The notes: generated by a model not told the origin, from the sequence alone. A stretch of DNA of 64,000 bases from Gammaproteobacteria bacterium (GCA_965222155.1 CBDCTH010000004.1:128001-192000), one strand, 5' to 3'; positions 48,205 through 60,168 are shown, numbered from the stretch's first letter. Made by a program: numbers and translations.

Positions 48205-51200
48205 ATGCCTAAACGAACCGACATAGACAGTGTGCTGATCATCGGCGCCGGGCCCATTGTCATCGGCCAGGCCTGTGAGTTTGATTATTCCGGCGCGCAG
48301 GCTTGCAAGGCTTTGCGCGAAGAGGGTTATCGAGTCATCCTGGTGAACTCGAACCCGGCAACCATCATGACCGATCCGGAGATGGCTGACGCCACCTATA
48401 TTGAGCCTGTTCGCTGGCAGACCATTGCAAAAATAATTGAAAAAGAACGTCCCCACGCGCTGTTGCCGACCATGGGTGGACAGACGGGCCTGAATTGTGC
48501 GCTTGATCTGGCCCGGACCGGTGTGCTGGATGAATTCAACGTAGAAATGATCGGCGCCGACAGAGAAGCTATCAACAAGGCGGAGGACCGGGAAAAATTC
48601 CGCGACGCCATGAACAGTATAGGGCTGGCAATGCCCGAATCGGCGCTTGCCCACGACCTGGAGACGGCAATCGAAATCCAGCGACAAATCGGCTATCCCA
48701 TTATTATTCGCCCTTCATTTACTCTGGGGGGGAGCGGTGGCGGCATCGCCTGGAATAAGGAGGAACTCATAGAAATCGTCGAAAGGGGTCTGGAAGTCTC
48801 CCCCACTCATGAGGTCCTGGTGGAACAATCCGTGGTCGGCTGGAAGGAATTTGAGATGGAAGTCGTACGCGATCGGAAAGATAACTGCATTATCGTCTGT
48901 TCCATTGAGAATGTTGATGCCATGGGCGTGCATACCGGCGACTCGATAACCGTCGCGCCGGCGCTTACCCTGACGGACAAGGAGTTCCAGTTGATGCGTG
49001 ACGCTTCGATCGCGGTATTGCGCGAGATCGGCGTGGATACGGGCGGTTCCAACGTGCAATTTGCCGTCAATCCCGATAATGGCCGGTTGCTCATCATCGA
49101 GATGAACCCCCGTGTATCACGTTCGTCCGCTCTAGCCTCCAAGGCAACGGGGTTTCCGATAGCCAGGGTTGCGGCAAAACTGGCAGTCGGCTACACCCTG
49201 GATGAACTGGATAATGAAATTACCGGTGGCGCCACACCGGCTTCATTCGAACCGACTATTGATTACATTGTTACCAAGATCCCCAGGTTCACATTCGAAA
49301 AGTTTCCCCAGGCCAATCCACGACTGACGACCCAGATGAAATCGGTGGGTGAGGTGATGGCAATCGGCAGGACGTTCCAGGAATCTCTGCAAAAGGCCTT
49401 GCGCGGGTTGGAAACCGGGGTGGACGGTTTTATCAATATCTACCCTGAAGTCAGCGCAAACAACCTGGAGGAGATAACCTACGAACTGCAAAACCCCGGT
49501 TCGGAACGCCTGCTGTACGTCGGCGAGGCGTTTCGGCACGACATGGATTTGGCTCGGGTTCAATCCCTTTCACGCATCGACCCCTGGTTCCTGGCGCAAA
49601 TTCAGGACCTGATTGACGAAGAAAAACGCCTGTCGGGGTCACCCCTGGAGGCCATCGACCGGGAGCGCCTTTACCGGTTGAAGCAAAAGGGTTTTTCAGA
49701 CAGCCGCCTGGCCGCATTGGTGAACGTCAGCGAAGCCCGGCTCAGACAGCGGCGTCATGAACTGAATATCCGGCCGGTCTTCAAGCGGGTCGATTCCTGT
49801 GCCGCGGAATTTTCCGCAACCACGGCGTATATGTATTCAACGTATGATGAAGAATGCGAAGCAAATCCGACTGCCAGGGAAAAAATCATGGTGCTTGGCG
49901 GCGGCCCCAACCGGATAGGGCAGGGGATCGAGTTCGATTACTGCTGCGTGCAGGCCGCCTTTGCCATGCGTGAAGCCGGGTTTGAATCCATCATGGTGAA
50001 TTGCAATCCGGAAACCGTCTCCACGGATTACGATACGTCCGACCGGCTCTATTTTGAACCACTGACGTTGGAGGACGTGTTGGAAATCATTCACCTGGAA
50101 CAGCCCCGGGGTGTGATCGTCCAATTCGGCGGCCAGACGCCGTTGAAGCTGGCCCGTGAACTGGAGGCTGAGGGCGCGCCGATTATCGGCACCACCCCGG
50201 ATTCCATTGACCTTGCGGAAGACCGCGAACGGTTCCAGCGCCTGTTGCAGGAATCAGGCCTGAAACAGCCGCCCAACCGGACTGCGAGAAACCTGCCGAA
50301 TGCGGTCAGCCAGGCGCGGGAGATCGGTTATCCCATCGTTGTGCGACCATCTTATGTACTGGGAGGCCGCGCCATGGAGATAGTCTATGATGAAACCTAC
50401 CTGAAGGAATACATGTCCCGGGCAGTGGCGGTATCCAACGACTCCCCCATATTGCTGGACCTGTTCCTGGACAAGGCCATTGAGGTGGACGTAGATGCGG
50501 TTTCCGATGGCGCGGGTGTGGTTATCGGCGGCATCATGGAACACATCGAACAAGCAGGCATTCACTCCGGTGATTCGGCCTGTTCGTTGCCGCCATTCAG
50601 TTTGAGCGAGACTATACAGCAACGCCTTGCCTGGCAGGTGGAGAGGATGGCGCGCAGCCTGAACGTGGTCGGCCTGATGAATATGCAGTTTGCCATACAG
50701 GGGGAAGATATTTTTGTGCTGGAAGTCAATCCCAGGGCATCCCGCACCGTGCCGTATGTGTCCAAGGCAACGGGGGTTCCGCTGGCCCGGATCGCGGCCC
50801 GGTGCATGGTGGGGATCAGTCTTTCCGAACAAGGGGTTAAAGCCATTCCCAGGCCGGATTTTTACTCGATTAAAGAAGCCGTGTTCCCGTTCGCCAAGTT
50901 TCCCGGTGTCGATCCCATACTGGGCCCGGAGATGAAATCCACCGGTGAAGTTATGGGTATCGGCGCCAGTTTCGGTGAGGCCTTCAACAAAGCGGTACTG
51001 GCTACCAACCAGGAAATTCCGCAGCGCGGCATGGTATTCATCAGCGTTCGTGACAAAGACAAGCCTGACGCCGTGCAGATTGCAGGTGACTTTGCGGCAG
51101 CAGGTTTCAGCCTGTGCGCCACCGAGGGTACCGAGAGGGCAATCAGCTCCGCCGGTGTGGAATGCATCAGGGTTAACAAGGTCGCTGAAGGCCATCCTCA

Positions 51201-51426
51201 TATCGTCGATATGCTCAAAAACGATGAGATCGACCTGATTGTCAATACCACGGAGGGACGGCAAGCCATAAAGGATTCCCATTCCATCAGGACCAACGCC
51301 ATACAGCATAAGGTATTTTACACAACCACAATCGCCGGAGCGAAAGCTATAATTGCAGCATTAAGGAATAATCAAATTGACAGCATCCACTGTCTCCAGG
51401 ATCTACACGAGGTAATGACACAATGA
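48205..51426 (+). CDS. carB: Carbamoyl-phosphate synthase large subunit
   Basis: [27 protein letters not shown]. Confidence 0.99.
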   Translation: MPKRTDIDSVLIIGAGPIVIGQACEFDYSGAQACKALREEGYRVILVNSNPATIMTDPEMADATYIEPVRWQTIAKIIEKERPHALLPTMGGQTGLNCALDLARTGVLDEFNVEMIGADREAINKAEDREKFRDAMNSIGLAMPESALAHDLETAIEIQRQIGYPIIIRPSFTLGGSGGGIAWNKEELIEIVERGLEVSPTHEVLVEQSVVGWKEFEMEVVRDRKDNCIIVCSIENVDAMGVHTGDSITVAPALTLTDKEFQLMRDASIAVLREIGVDTGGSNVQFAVNPDNGRLLIIEMNPRVSRSSALASKATGFPIARVAAKLAVGYTLDELDNEITGGATPASFEPTIDYIVTKIPRFTFEKFPQANPRLTTQMKSVGEVMAIGRTFQESLQKALRGLETGVDGFINIYPEVSANNLEEITYELQNPGSERLLYVGEAFRHDMDLARVQSLSRIDPWFLAQIQDLIDEEKRLSGSPLEAIDRERLYRLKQKGFSDSRLAALVNVSEARLRQRRHELNIRPVFKRVDSCAAEFSATTAYMYSTYDEECEANPTAREKIMVLGGGPNRIGQGIEFDYCCVQAAFAMREAGFESIMVNCNPETVSTDYDTSDRLYFEPLTLEDVLEIIHLEQPRGVIVQFGGQTPLKLARELEAEGAPIIGTTPDSIDLAEDRERFQRLLQESGLKQPPNRTARNLPNAVSQAREIGYPIVVRPSYVLGGRAMEIVYDETYLKEYMSRAVAVSNDSPILLDLFLDKAIEVDVDAVSDGAGVVIGGIMEHIEQAGIHSGDSACSLPPFSLSETIQQRLAWQVERMARSLNVVGLMNMQFAIQGEDIFVLEVNPRASRTVPYVSKATGVPLARIAARCMVGISLSEQGVKAIPRPDFYSIKEAVFPFAKFPGVDPILGPEMKSTGEVMGIGASFGEAFNKAVLATNQEIPQRGMVFISVRDKDKPDAVQIAGDFAAAGFSLCATEGTERAISSAGVECIRVNKVAEGHPHIVDMLKNDEIDLIVNTTEGRQAIKDSHSIRTNAIQHKVFYTTTIAGAKAIIAALRNNQIDSIHCLQDLHEVMTQ

Positions 51427-51899
51427 ATAGAATACCATTGACTGCAAAAGGCGCCCAGCGTTTACGCCGGCAACTGGATGAATTGAAATCAGTCGAACGT
51501 CCCAGGATAATCCGCGCCATCGCGGAAGCAAGATCCCACGGGGACCTGAGCGAGAATGCCGAATACCATGCTGCCCGGGAGCAGCAGGGTTTTATTGAAG
51601 GCCGCATTGCGATGTTGGACGAAGCTTTGGCCGTAGCGGAAATCATCGAGGTTGAGAAAATCGACGCGCAGGGAAAAGTTGTATTCGGCGCGACTGTCGA
51701 ATTATTGAACCTTGAAAGTGATCTGGAGTTCCGTTACCAGATCGTAGGGGAGAAGGAAGCGGATATAGATCAGGGGTCGCTGTCCGTTACTGCGCCGATA
51801 GCCCGGGCCTTAATCGGCAAGGAAGAAGGCGATGTGATAGAAGTCAATGCCCCGGGGGGTGTTGTGGAATACGAAATACTGTCGGTTTCGTATATTTGA
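51423..51899 (+). CDS. greA: Transcription elongation factor GreA
   Basis: [23 protein letters not shown]. Confidence 0.97.
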   Translation: MNRIPLTAKGAQRLRRQLDELKSVERPRIIRAIAEARSHGDLSENAEYHAAREQQGFIEGRIAMLDEALAVAEIIEVEKIDAQGKVVFGATVELLNLESDLEFRYQIVGEKEADIDQGSLSVTAPIARALIGKEEGDVIEVNAPGGVVEYEILSVSYI

Positions 51900-51936
51900 A
51901 CAGGTACTCCGAAATTGAAGCGCAGCGCCAACCAGC

Positions 51937-51965
51937 CGTCATTCCGGTGAATACCGGAATCCAGT
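51937..51965 (+). repeat. CGTCATTCCGG palindromic repeat, compensatory variant
   Basis: cgtcattccggtgaataccggaatccagt. Confidence 0.8.
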
Positions 51966-52007
51966 CAGACAACGCGCCGCCAACGGCGGCACATTGCAAT
52001 ATCAACC

Positions 52008-52622
52008 ATGTCAAAAAGCAGCAAGCGCTGGTTGCAGGAACATAACCGGGACCCGTTCGTCAACCTGGCAAGGAGCCGGCAACTCCGTTCCCGAGCGGTG
52101 TTCAAGCTGGAAGAGCTGGACCGGCGTTACAAACTGTTTCGCCCCGGACAAACGGTGGTTGACCTGGGTGCGGCGCCGGGCAGCTGGTCAGGTTATGTGA
52201 GTGAAAAAGTCAGGCCCGGCGGTAGAGTCATCGCCATCGATTTGCTGGAAATGCAACCGCTTGCAAATGTAACTTTCCTACAAGGAGATATTACCGACCC
52301 GGAGTACCTGCAAAACTGCGTTGCCGAATTGCGAAAATTCAAGGTTGACCTTGTAATTTCGGATATGGCCCCCAATTTATCAGGTATCGCTTCTGTTGAT
52401 CAGGCCAACAGCCTGAACCTGGCGCAGACGGCTTCCCGGTTGGCCAGTTCGGTATTGCAAAAGAGTGGACATTTTCTGGTCAAGCTTTTTCAGGGAAGCG
52501 ACAGTGCGTCCTTCAGAAAGCAATTGCTGGAGAAGTTCGAAAAAGCTATACTTTGCAAGCCGCGGGCCTCAAGAGCAAATTCCAGAGAGGTATATATTCT
52601 GGCAAAAGGCTATAATGGTTAG
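52008..52622 (+). CDS. rlmE: 23S rRNA Um2552 methyltransferase
   Basis: RSRAVFKL, DLGAAPGSW, SDMAPN, SREVY. Confidence 0.96.
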   Translation: MSKSSKRWLQEHNRDPFVNLARSRQLRSRAVFKLEELDRRYKLFRPGQTVVDLGAAPGSWSGYVSEKVRPGGRVIAIDLLEMQPLANVTFLQGDITDPEYLQNCVAELRKFKVDLVISDMAPNLSGIASVDQANSLNLAQTASRLASSVLQKSGHFLVKLFQGSDSASFRKQLLEKFEKAILCKPRASRANSREVYILAKGYNG

Positions 52623-52756
52623 CATGGAGCAATAAAATACGGGACGTCCGTGATTCCGTCGAAGCATTCCCCTGCTTGCAACATGCGGGGACATGCCCCG
52701 CCGGAAAGACAGGCGGGTTACCGGTAGTAGAATAAACAATGTAGGCGTACGGCGTT

Positions 52757-54685
52757 ATGTTAAAGAGTATATTATTGTGGGTAGTAATCGCCATGGTTTT
52801 GATGATGGTATTTCAAAATTTCGGAGTGCGTACTACCAGCACCAACATCCCCTATTCCCAATTCATCCTGGATGTAAAAACCGGCAAGGTGGTTTCCGCC
52901 ACTATCGAGGGCAGCACCGTCTCCGGTAGCCTGGCTGACGGGACCAGGTTCAATACTTACAGCCCGGAAACCAGCAATGATGCCCTGATCGGGACCCTGC
53001 TGGAGAATAACGTGGAGGTGCAGGGCGCCGAGCCGAACAAGAATTCGTTCTGGGCTCATGCTTTTATCTCCTGGTTCCCCATCCTGCTGTTGCTGGGCAT
53101 CTGGATTTATTTTATGCGGCAGATGCAGGGCGGCGGTAGCGGCCGGGGCGCCCTGTCGTTCGGCAAAAGCCGGGCGCGGTTGTTAAGTGAAGATCAGGTG
53201 AAGATTACGTTTAATGACGTTGCAGGCGTTGAAGAGGCCAAGGAAGAAGTCGTCGAGTTGGTCGAATTCCTGAGCGACCCCGGCAAGTTCCAGAAACTGG
53301 GAGGCAAAATTCCCCGCGGTGTGCTGATGGTAGGTTTGCCGGGCACCGGCAAGACCTTACTGGCAAAAGCGATAGCCGGCGAAGCACAGGTTCCCTTCTT
53401 TACTATTTCCGGTTCCGATTTTGTGGAAATGTTTGTCGGAGTGGGCGCCTCTCGGGTGCGCGACATGTTTGAGCAGGCCAAAAAACACGCGCCGTGCATC
53501 ATCTTCATCGACGAGATTGATGCTGTCGGACGGCACCGTGGCGCAGGTCTCGGCGGCGGCCACGATGAACGCGAACAAACGCTCAATCAGCTCCTGGTTG
53601 AAATGGACGGGTTTGAAGGCAATGAAGGGGTCATCGTTATTGCCGCCACCAACCGGCCCGACGTGCTTGATCCCGCCTTGCTTCGTCCCGGACGGTTTGA
53701 CCGGCAGGTGGTCGTCCCATTGCCGGATATCCGCGGGCGGGAACAGATTCTCAAGGTGCATATGCGCAAGGTTGCAATAGCCGATGACGTGAAGCCCGCT
53801 ATTATTGCCCGCGGCACACCGGGTTTCTCCGGGGCGGATCTCGCCAACCTGATTAATGAGGCAGCGCTGTTTGCAGCCCGGGCAAACAAGCAAGAGGTCG
53901 ACATGGAAGAGTTTGAACGGGCCAAGGACAAGGTCATGATGGGTGCGGAACGGCGTTCCATGGTAATGAGCGATGATGAAAAGAAGCTTACGGCCTACCA
54001 TGAAGCCGGTCATGCCATTGTCGGACGGCTTGTGCCGGGCCACGATCCCGTCTACAAGGTCAGCATTATCCCGCGCGGACGGGCGCTGGGCGTGACCATG
54101 TTCCTGCCTGAACAGGACAGGTTGAGCTACTCCAAGCAGTTTTTGCAGAGTCAGATCTGTTCCCTGTTCGGCGGCCGTATCGCAGAGTGTCTGATCTTCG
54201 GAGAGGATGCCGTAACAACAGGGGCGAGCAATGATATTGAACGCGCGACCCTGCTTGCAAGAAATATGGTAACCAAGTGGGGCCTTTCGGAAAAAATGGG
54301 GCCACTCGCTTACCAGGAGGATGAAGGAGAGGTCTTTTTGGGGCACTCGGTGACCAAACATTCAACTGTATCCGCTGCGACGCAGAATGATATCGACGCA
54401 GAAGTGAAACGGATCATTGACAAGAACTACCAGCACGCCAAGGGACTGCTGGAAAAAAACCAGGATAAACTGCACATGATGGCTGATGCATTGATCAAAT
54501 ACGAAACCGTTGATTCGGCCCAGATCGACAGCATCATGGAGGGAATAGAACCCGGGCCGCCGGCTGACTGGGGCGATGACGACAGGACTCGCGGCAAGCG
54601 AGTCGGTCCTGATGAAACTCAGCAGAAGGATGAAGGGCAGCCTGTTGAAGACCCTGCCATTGACGGGCCGGCGCGACCTGCCTGA
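52757..54685 (+). CDS. ftsH: ATP-dependent zinc metalloprotease FtsH
   Basis: Two TM helices, PGTGKT, DEIDAVG, HEAGH. Confidence 0.98.
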   Translation: MLKSILLWVVIAMVLMMVFQNFGVRTTSTNIPYSQFILDVKTGKVVSATIEGSTVSGSLADGTRFNTYSPETSNDALIGTLLENNVEVQGAEPNKNSFWAHAFISWFPILLLLGIWIYFMRQMQGGGSGRGALSFGKSRARLLSEDQVKITFNDVAGVEEAKEEVVELVEFLSDPGKFQKLGGKIPRGVLMVGLPGTGKTLLAKAIAGEAQVPFFTISGSDFVEMFVGVGASRVRDMFEQAKKHAPCIIFIDEIDAVGRHRGAGLGGGHDEREQTLNQLLVEMDGFEGNEGVIVIAATNRPDVLDPALLRPGRFDRQVVVPLPDIRGREQILKVHMRKVAIADDVKPAIIARGTPGFSGADLANLINEAALFAARANKQEVDMEEFERAKDKVMMGAERRSMVMSDDEKKLTAYHEAGHAIVGRLVPGHDPVYKVSIIPRGRALGVTMFLPEQDRLSYSKQFLQSQICSLFGGRIAECLIFGEDAVTTGASNDIERATLLARNMVTKWGLSEKMGPLAYQEDEGEVFLGHSVTKHSTVSAATQNDIDAEVKRIIDKNYQHAKGLLEKNQDKLHMMADALIKYETVDSAQIDSIMEGIEPGPPADWGDDDRTRGKRVGPDETQQKDEGQPVEDPAIDGPARPA

Positions 54686-54794
54686 AAAATAGTATTTGAA
54701 CACGGACAACAAGGAGGATGGCAATGTTGATTACATATCATAGCGCGGTCCTGCTCTCTTTCGCCAGTGTATCGCTTACCTTGGGAGTGTCCTG

Positions 54795-56132
54795 ATTACT
54801 GCCAATTCACGAAAATATTTCAGTACGGATGGTATTCGCGGCAGGGTCGGCAAGGAGCCTGTCACCCCGGATTTCATTATGAAATTAGGTTGGGCCATCG
54901 GGAAAGTTCTGAATGGACAAAGTGCAGGCCCCATTCTTATCGGCAAAGATACCCGTGTGTCCGGCTACATGTTTGAATCTGCGTTGGAGGCAGGATTGTC
55001 CGCCGCAGGCGTTGATATCCGCTTACTTGGGCCTGTGCCTACTCCTGCCGTTGCCTACCTGACAAAAAATACCCGCGCCGAGGCGGGGATTGTCATCAGT
55101 GCTTCCCACAACCCCTACTTTGATAATGGCATCAAGATCTTTTCCAGAAACGGCAGGAAGTTATCGGATGCTGTCGAATTACGGATTGAAGAACAACTGG
55201 CTAACTCCATCGAGGTCGTGGACTCGGGCAAATTGGGCAAGGCGCGCCGGATTACGGATGCGCCACGCAGGTACATAGAGTTTTGCAAGAGCAGGGTCGA
55301 TTGTGATTTGAGCGGTATCAGCATGGTGCTCGACTGCGCTAACGGCGCAGCCTACAAGATTGCGCCGAAGGTATTTGAAGAATTGGGCGCCGAGGTCCAT
55401 GCAATCGGTGTGGAACCGGACGGCTTCAATATCAACGATGGTTGCGGCGCCACGATGCCGGAGACCCTGCAACAAACCGTGCTGGAAAAAAAAGCGGATG
55501 TCGGGATCTCGCTGGACGGAGATGGCGACCGGTTGATCATGGTCGACCATAAGGGCGAACTGGTGGATGGTGATGAGTTACTGTATATCATAGCGAAACA
55601 ACAGAGAGATACGCTCAACGGAGGTGTCGTCGGCACGCTGATGAGTAACCTGGGCCTGGAGCAGGCGCTAACGGAAATCGGACTTGAATTTTACCGGGCG
55701 AAGGTGGGGGATCGTTACGTAACGGAATTGCTGGATGAAAAAAAGCTGGTGCTGGGTGGAGAACAGTCAGGTCATATTGTAAACCGGAATTTCTCCGATA
55801 CGGGTGACGGCATCATTTCCGCATTACAGGTATTGAATACAATGACGAGCAGCGGGGATGGTTTGTACTCATTGAAAAGCAGTATGCAGAAATATCCGCA
55901 AACACTGATGAATATTGAATTACAAAAACCAGTGAAGCTTGCGGATTATCCGGCGATCGACGAGATAGTGAAAGAAGTTGAAAAACAATTGGATAAACCC
56001 GAGCGGATATTGTTACGGCCATCCGGCACTGAGCCGTTATTGCGATTAATGGTAGAAGGCAGCGATAGCGTAAAGGTCAGTTTGCTGGCGCATAAGCTGG
56101 CTGAGGAAATAGATAATATAATCAGTGAATAA
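54795..56132 (+). CDS. glmM: Phosphoglucosamine mutase (probable non-canonical ATT or CTG start)
   Basis: RKYFSTDGIRG upstream of the ORF-track start; ISASHN, DGDGDR, GEQSGH, RPSGTEP. Confidence 0.92.
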   Translation: MTANSRKYFSTDGIRGRVGKEPVTPDFIMKLGWAIGKVLNGQSAGPILIGKDTRVSGYMFESALEAGLSAAGVDIRLLGPVPTPAVAYLTKNTRAEAGIVISASHNPYFDNGIKIFSRNGRKLSDAVELRIEEQLANSIEVVDSGKLGKARRITDAPRRYIEFCKSRVDCDLSGISMVLDCANGAAYKIAPKVFEELGAEVHAIGVEPDGFNINDGCGATMPETLQQTVLEKKADVGISLDGDGDRLIMVDHKGELVDGDELLYIIAKQQRDTLNGGVVGTLMSNLGLEQALTEIGLEFYRAKVGDRYVTELLDEKKLVLGGEQSGHIVNRNFSDTGDGIISALQVLNTMTSSGDGLYSLKSSMQKYPQTLMNIELQKPVKLADYPAIDEIVKEVEKQLDKPERILLRPSGTEPLLRLMVEGSDSVKVSLLAHKLAEEIDNIISE

Positions 56133-56136
56133 AGCG

Positions 56137-56313
56137 TTAGGATTATGGGGTCACGTTAGGATTATGGTGAGGATTATGGGGTCAGGTCGCACATTGCACA
56201 CACAAAGAAATGCATAAGGATTATGGGGTCAGGTCGCACATTGCACACACAAAGAAATGCATATGAAACCGTAACAAACCGCTGTGTGTGCAATGTGCGA
56301 CCTGACCCCATAA
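56137..56313. repeat. GGGGTCAGGTCGCACATTGCAC cluster: 47-bp tandem duplication plus inverted copy
   Basis: Identical units 56170-56216 and 56217-56263, inverted arm 56283-56313, partial starts at 56137 and 56156. Confidence 0.85.
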
Positions 56314-56359
56314 CACTTGGCCTGCTCTGCCTGGTTATCCGATAGCAATAATTATCAAT

Positions 56360-57961
56360 ATGACAGATGTAAATCAGCAGAAACGCATCCTGGTAGCGGA
56401 TAAGATCTCTCCCGAAGGCAGGACGTTCCTGACCGGACAGCAGAATATCGACGTTGACCATATCCACGATCTTGACGAATCCGAATTGTGCGACAAGATT
56501 AGCGACTATCATGCCGTCATTGTGCGCAGCGCCACAACGATTACAGCGAAGGTGATCGACGCGGCCGCCAGGCTGGAAGTGATAGGCAGAGCCGGTATCG
56601 GGGTCGATAATATTGACGTAGACCATGCTACGAGCAAGGGTATCGTTGTACTGAACACCCCTGACGCCAACGTAACGACCACCGCGGAATTAACCATTGC
56701 CCATATCTTTTCTTTAAGTCGAAACCTGCCACAGGCCAACAGGTCGGTGAAGTCGGGGGAATGGAAACGCGCCCGTTTCATGGGGGTGGAACTGACCAAT
56801 AAGGTATTGGGCATAATCGGCTACGGCAATATCGGCAGAATTGTGGCAGCCAAGGCGCTGGCCCTGGATATGCAGGTGCTTGCCTATGATCCGTTTGTTA
56901 CCGAGGAAATGTTTTTGGCCGACGGCGTCAGCGGTGTTGAGATTGATGAGCTGGTAGGCGAATCTGATTACATCAGTCTGCATTGCCCGCTGAATAACAT
57001 GACCCGCAACATTATGAATGCCGACCGGATTAAGGCCATGAAATCCGGTGCAAGGCTGCTTAATTGCGCCAGGGGCGGGTTGGTAGACGAAACGTCGCTG
57101 TATGAGGCTCTGAAAAGCGGACACCTGGCCGGCGCTGCGCTGGACGTATTTTCCCGGGAGCCGCCTGAGGGTTCTCCCCTCCTGACTCTGGATAACGTCC
57201 TGCTGACGCCGCACCTGGGAGCATCGACCCGGGAAGCGCAAGCGGCGACCGGCATGGAGATTGCCCAGCAGATTTGTATTTATTTAAGAACCGGCGAACC
57301 CATTAATGCGATTAACCTCCCGGCAGTGTCGGCTGATGAACTGGTGAAGCTGCAGCCTTACCTGGCACTGACCAGACGCCTGGGGAAATTACTCGGACAC
57401 ATGATACCGGAATCCATTCGCCAGTTGGAGGTATCGCTCTTAGGTGAAGCTGCTGAGAGAGATATGAGAAGTATAGCAACAGAAGGGTTGGTGGGGTTGT
57501 TGAGCGCCAATATGTCGGCTGAAGTCAATCGGGTGAATGCGAAACATATCGCTGCACAACATGGGTTGAGCCTGGTGGAGTCACGGGGTGGCGATCACCC
57601 GGATTACCGTTCGGCAGTCAGCCTGTCGGCCCATCACGGAGATCACGCGACCCGGGTGATCGGCACACTGTTCGACAAGAAACACCCGCGCCTGATACGC
57701 ATCAATGATTATGAGATCGAAGCTGTGCTGGAAGGTCAGTTGCTTGTCACCCGGCATAGTGATCAGCCGGGCGTGATTGCCGCCATCAGCAATCTGCTGG
57801 CCGCGGAACGGATCAATATTTCGCGTATGCAATTGGGTATCGTTTCCGGCAGCAACAAGGCGGTCGCCGTGATCGGAGTATCAACCGCACTGAAGGATGA
57901 GTTGATAAATGAACTCGCAGAGATCGAGGCCATCACGAAGGTGATGCAAGTCAGGTTTTAG
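56360..57961 (+). CDS. serA: D-3-phosphoglycerate dehydrogenase, long type with ASB and ACT domains
   Basis: GRAGIGVDNID, GYGNIG, NCARGG, TPHLGAST, DQPGVI. Confidence 0.95.
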   Translation: MTDVNQQKRILVADKISPEGRTFLTGQQNIDVDHIHDLDESELCDKISDYHAVIVRSATTITAKVIDAAARLEVIGRAGIGVDNIDVDHATSKGIVVLNTPDANVTTTAELTIAHIFSLSRNLPQANRSVKSGEWKRARFMGVELTNKVLGIIGYGNIGRIVAAKALALDMQVLAYDPFVTEEMFLADGVSGVEIDELVGESDYISLHCPLNNMTRNIMNADRIKAMKSGARLLNCARGGLVDETSLYEALKSGHLAGAALDVFSREPPEGSPLLTLDNVLLTPHLGASTREAQAATGMEIAQQICIYLRTGEPINAINLPAVSADELVKLQPYLALTRRLGKLLGHMIPESIRQLEVSLLGEAAERDMRSIATEGLVGLLSANMSAEVNRVNAKHIAAQHGLSLVESRGGDHPDYRSAVSLSAHHGDHATRVIGTLFDKKHPRLIRINDYEIEAVLEGQLLVTRHSDQPGVIAAISNLLAAERINISRMQLGIVSGSNKAVAVIGVSTALKDELINELAEIEAITKVMQVRF

Positions 57962-57998
57962 TTTTTTTACCGTAGAAAACTAAAACGGGTATATCGAT

Positions 57999-59243
57999 TT
58001 GCGTATCAAAGCTTTCAGGGGGTATCGCCCCGGTAAGGATAAAGTTGATAAGGTCGCATCAAGGCCTTATGACGTGCTGTCGAGCGCGGAGGCTAGGGAG
58101 GAAGCAGCCGGCAACACGTATTCTTTCCTGAATATCGTCAAACCGGAGATCACTTTTCCCGCAGGAACGGATCCCTACAGCCCCGATATCTACCGCGCGG
58201 CTGCGGCGAATTTCCAGGTTTTAATAGACAATGGAACGTTTGTACGTGATAAGCGTGAATGTCTGTATATCTACGAGTTGTGTGCGGATCAGCGGCCGAG
58301 AACAGGCATTGTTGCCGCCGCTGCCGTAGAGGATTACCTGAATGGCAGTATCAGGAAGCATGAACTGACCCGGCAAGATAAGGAGGCCGATCGCGCAAAT
58401 CATATTCGCACGACCATGCTGAACATGGAGCCGGTCATGTTCGCCTACCGCTATGACCGGAAAATCGACAACCTTGTAAAAACGGTTAAAACGGCCCTGC
58501 CGGAGTACGATTTTGTCGACGTGGATGAGGTCCGGCACCGGTTCTGGATCGTTAATGAAACTGAGACCATAGCGGCAATTATCAGTGCGTTTGCCTCCAT
58601 CCCCGCGACTTACGTGGCAGACGGACATCACCGTACCGCAGCCGCCGCCATAGTCAGCCAGGAATTGAATAACCAGGGCCGGCACAATGGCGCCGGCCCC
58701 GGACATAAATATTTCCTCGCGGTACATTTCCCCGATAACCAACTGGAAATTCTCGATTACAACCGCCTCGTTGCCGACCTTAACGGCCTTGATGCGGATG
58801 CATTCCTGAACCAACTGGCGGCTTCTTTCATCATTGAAAAAGCAGGAAGCCGGCCTGTCAGACCGAAGCAGCCCGCTGAGACGGGTATGTACCTGGCAGG
58901 TGACTGGTATCGCTTGATCGTGCGGCCTGAAAAGTATAATGCCGCTGATGTCATGGCTACCCTGGGCGTCAGTATCCTGTCGGACCTGATCCTGCGACCT
59001 ATTCTGGACATCCATGACCAGAGGACCGACCCGCGCATAGCCTTCGTCGGCGGCGCACGCGGATCGGCAGAACTGCAGGGCAGAGTGGACAACGGCGAGA
59101 TGGCAGCCGCCTTCAGCCTCTGTCCGGTATCTGTTCAAGAGCTCATGACCGTCGCGGATGCAGGCGCGATCATGCCGCCCAAAGCCACCTGGTTCGAACC
59201 TAAATTACGCAGTGGGCTGGTTGTGTACAGCCTGAAAGACTAA
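57999..59243 (+). CDS. DUF1015 family protein
   Basis: PYDV, IRKHELT, YVADGHHR, MPPKATWFEPKLRSGL. Confidence 0.92.
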   Translation: MRIKAFRGYRPGKDKVDKVASRPYDVLSSAEAREEAAGNTYSFLNIVKPEITFPAGTDPYSPDIYRAAAANFQVLIDNGTFVRDKRECLYIYELCADQRPRTGIVAAAAVEDYLNGSIRKHELTRQDKEADRANHIRTTMLNMEPVMFAYRYDRKIDNLVKTVKTALPEYDFVDVDEVRHRFWIVNETETIAAIISAFASIPATYVADGHHRTAAAAIVSQELNNQGRHNGAGPGHKYFLAVHFPDNQLEILDYNRLVADLNGLDADAFLNQLAASFIIEKAGSRPVRPKQPAETGMYLAGDWYRLIVRPEKYNAADVMATLGVSILSDLILRPILDIHDQRTDPRIAFVGGARGSAELQGRVDNGEMAAAFSLCPVSVQELMTVADAGAIMPPKATWFEPKLRSGLVVYSLKD

Positions 59244-59311
59244 TCCGGATGCGGCCAGGGATAAACCGGATACTAACCCTGTTGGTCATTCTCGGTTAGA
59301 ATATCCCCCAC

Positions 59312-59401
<90 letters not shown>

Positions 59402-59479
59402 TAGGCGTTCAGAATATGGTGACAAAAATTGTCTGTTGGCATAGTCTTGTTTTTGTCAAACCGACGGTTAAGAACTGAT

Positions 59480-60046
59480 ATGAAAACATACCTTATCACT
59501 GTACTAATGCTTATTCTCTATACGGTCACGCCTGTATGTAGTGCTACCGATAATCCATGTGATGATGATTACGATAAAGAACGGCAAAATCAATTTAAAT
59601 GTCAAAGTGCCTATTATCGTTCTCCTGAGATGCGTAATTCATTGAAGCTCTCAACCACAGAACAGGCAATAGCAAAAGACAAATTCATTATGGATTGCAT
59701 AAAAGATTTAACGGAATACCAAGAGCAGTATTGCAAAGAAAACGCACAATCGTTTTTACAAGATAATGAATCCGATTCAGATGAAGTTTTTGCTGCACAA
59801 AATGATGACACCAGTACAGATGAAATCTCTGCACTCGAATTATTTGCAACACTCGCTATTGCTGTTGAAAACGAAGAAAAATGTGAAGAAGCCTACATCG
59901 GTTCAACCGACCAACAACAAGCATCAAAACTTACCACCACAGAACGAGCAATTGCAAAAGAAAAGTTTATTATGGATTGTGTCGAGTCATTGACAGAATT
60001 TCAACTTGAGTATGTTGAAGACCAATTAACGCAGCCTAACCAATAG
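59480..60046 (+). CDS. Hypothetical secreted, acidic, Cys-containing protein with an internal repeat
   Basis: Signal-peptide-like N-terminus; KLSTTEQAIAKDKFIMDCIKDLTEYQ and KLTTTERAIAKEKFIMDCVESLTEFQ. Confidence 0.7.
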   Translation: MKTYLITVLMLILYTVTPVCSATDNPCDDDYDKERQNQFKCQSAYYRSPEMRNSLKLSTTEQAIAKDKFIMDCIKDLTEYQEQYCKENAQSFLQDNESDSDEVFAAQNDDTSTDEISALELFATLAIAVENEEKCEEAYIGSTDQQQASKLTTTERAIAKEKFIMDCVESLTEFQLEYVEDQLTQPNQ

Positions 60047-60082
60047 AAAATAAGTCTGATATTTTGTGCCGCAATTCTAGGC

Positions 60083-60168
60083 AATTCTGGGGACACAATA
60101 CTTAATTCTGAAGACAACGGCAGGATAATTAAGTATTGTGTCCCCAGAACTCCCTCCCCAGAACTCCC
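60083..60168. repeat. TTCTGGGGACACAATACTTAATT inverted pair
   Basis: ttctggggacacaatacttaatt ... aattaagtattgtgtccccagaa, followed by a duplicated ccccagaactccc. Confidence 0.85.

Noticed and set aside
56137-56313. CRISPR array
   Set aside because: Units are adjacent and identical with no unique spacers; no cas genes
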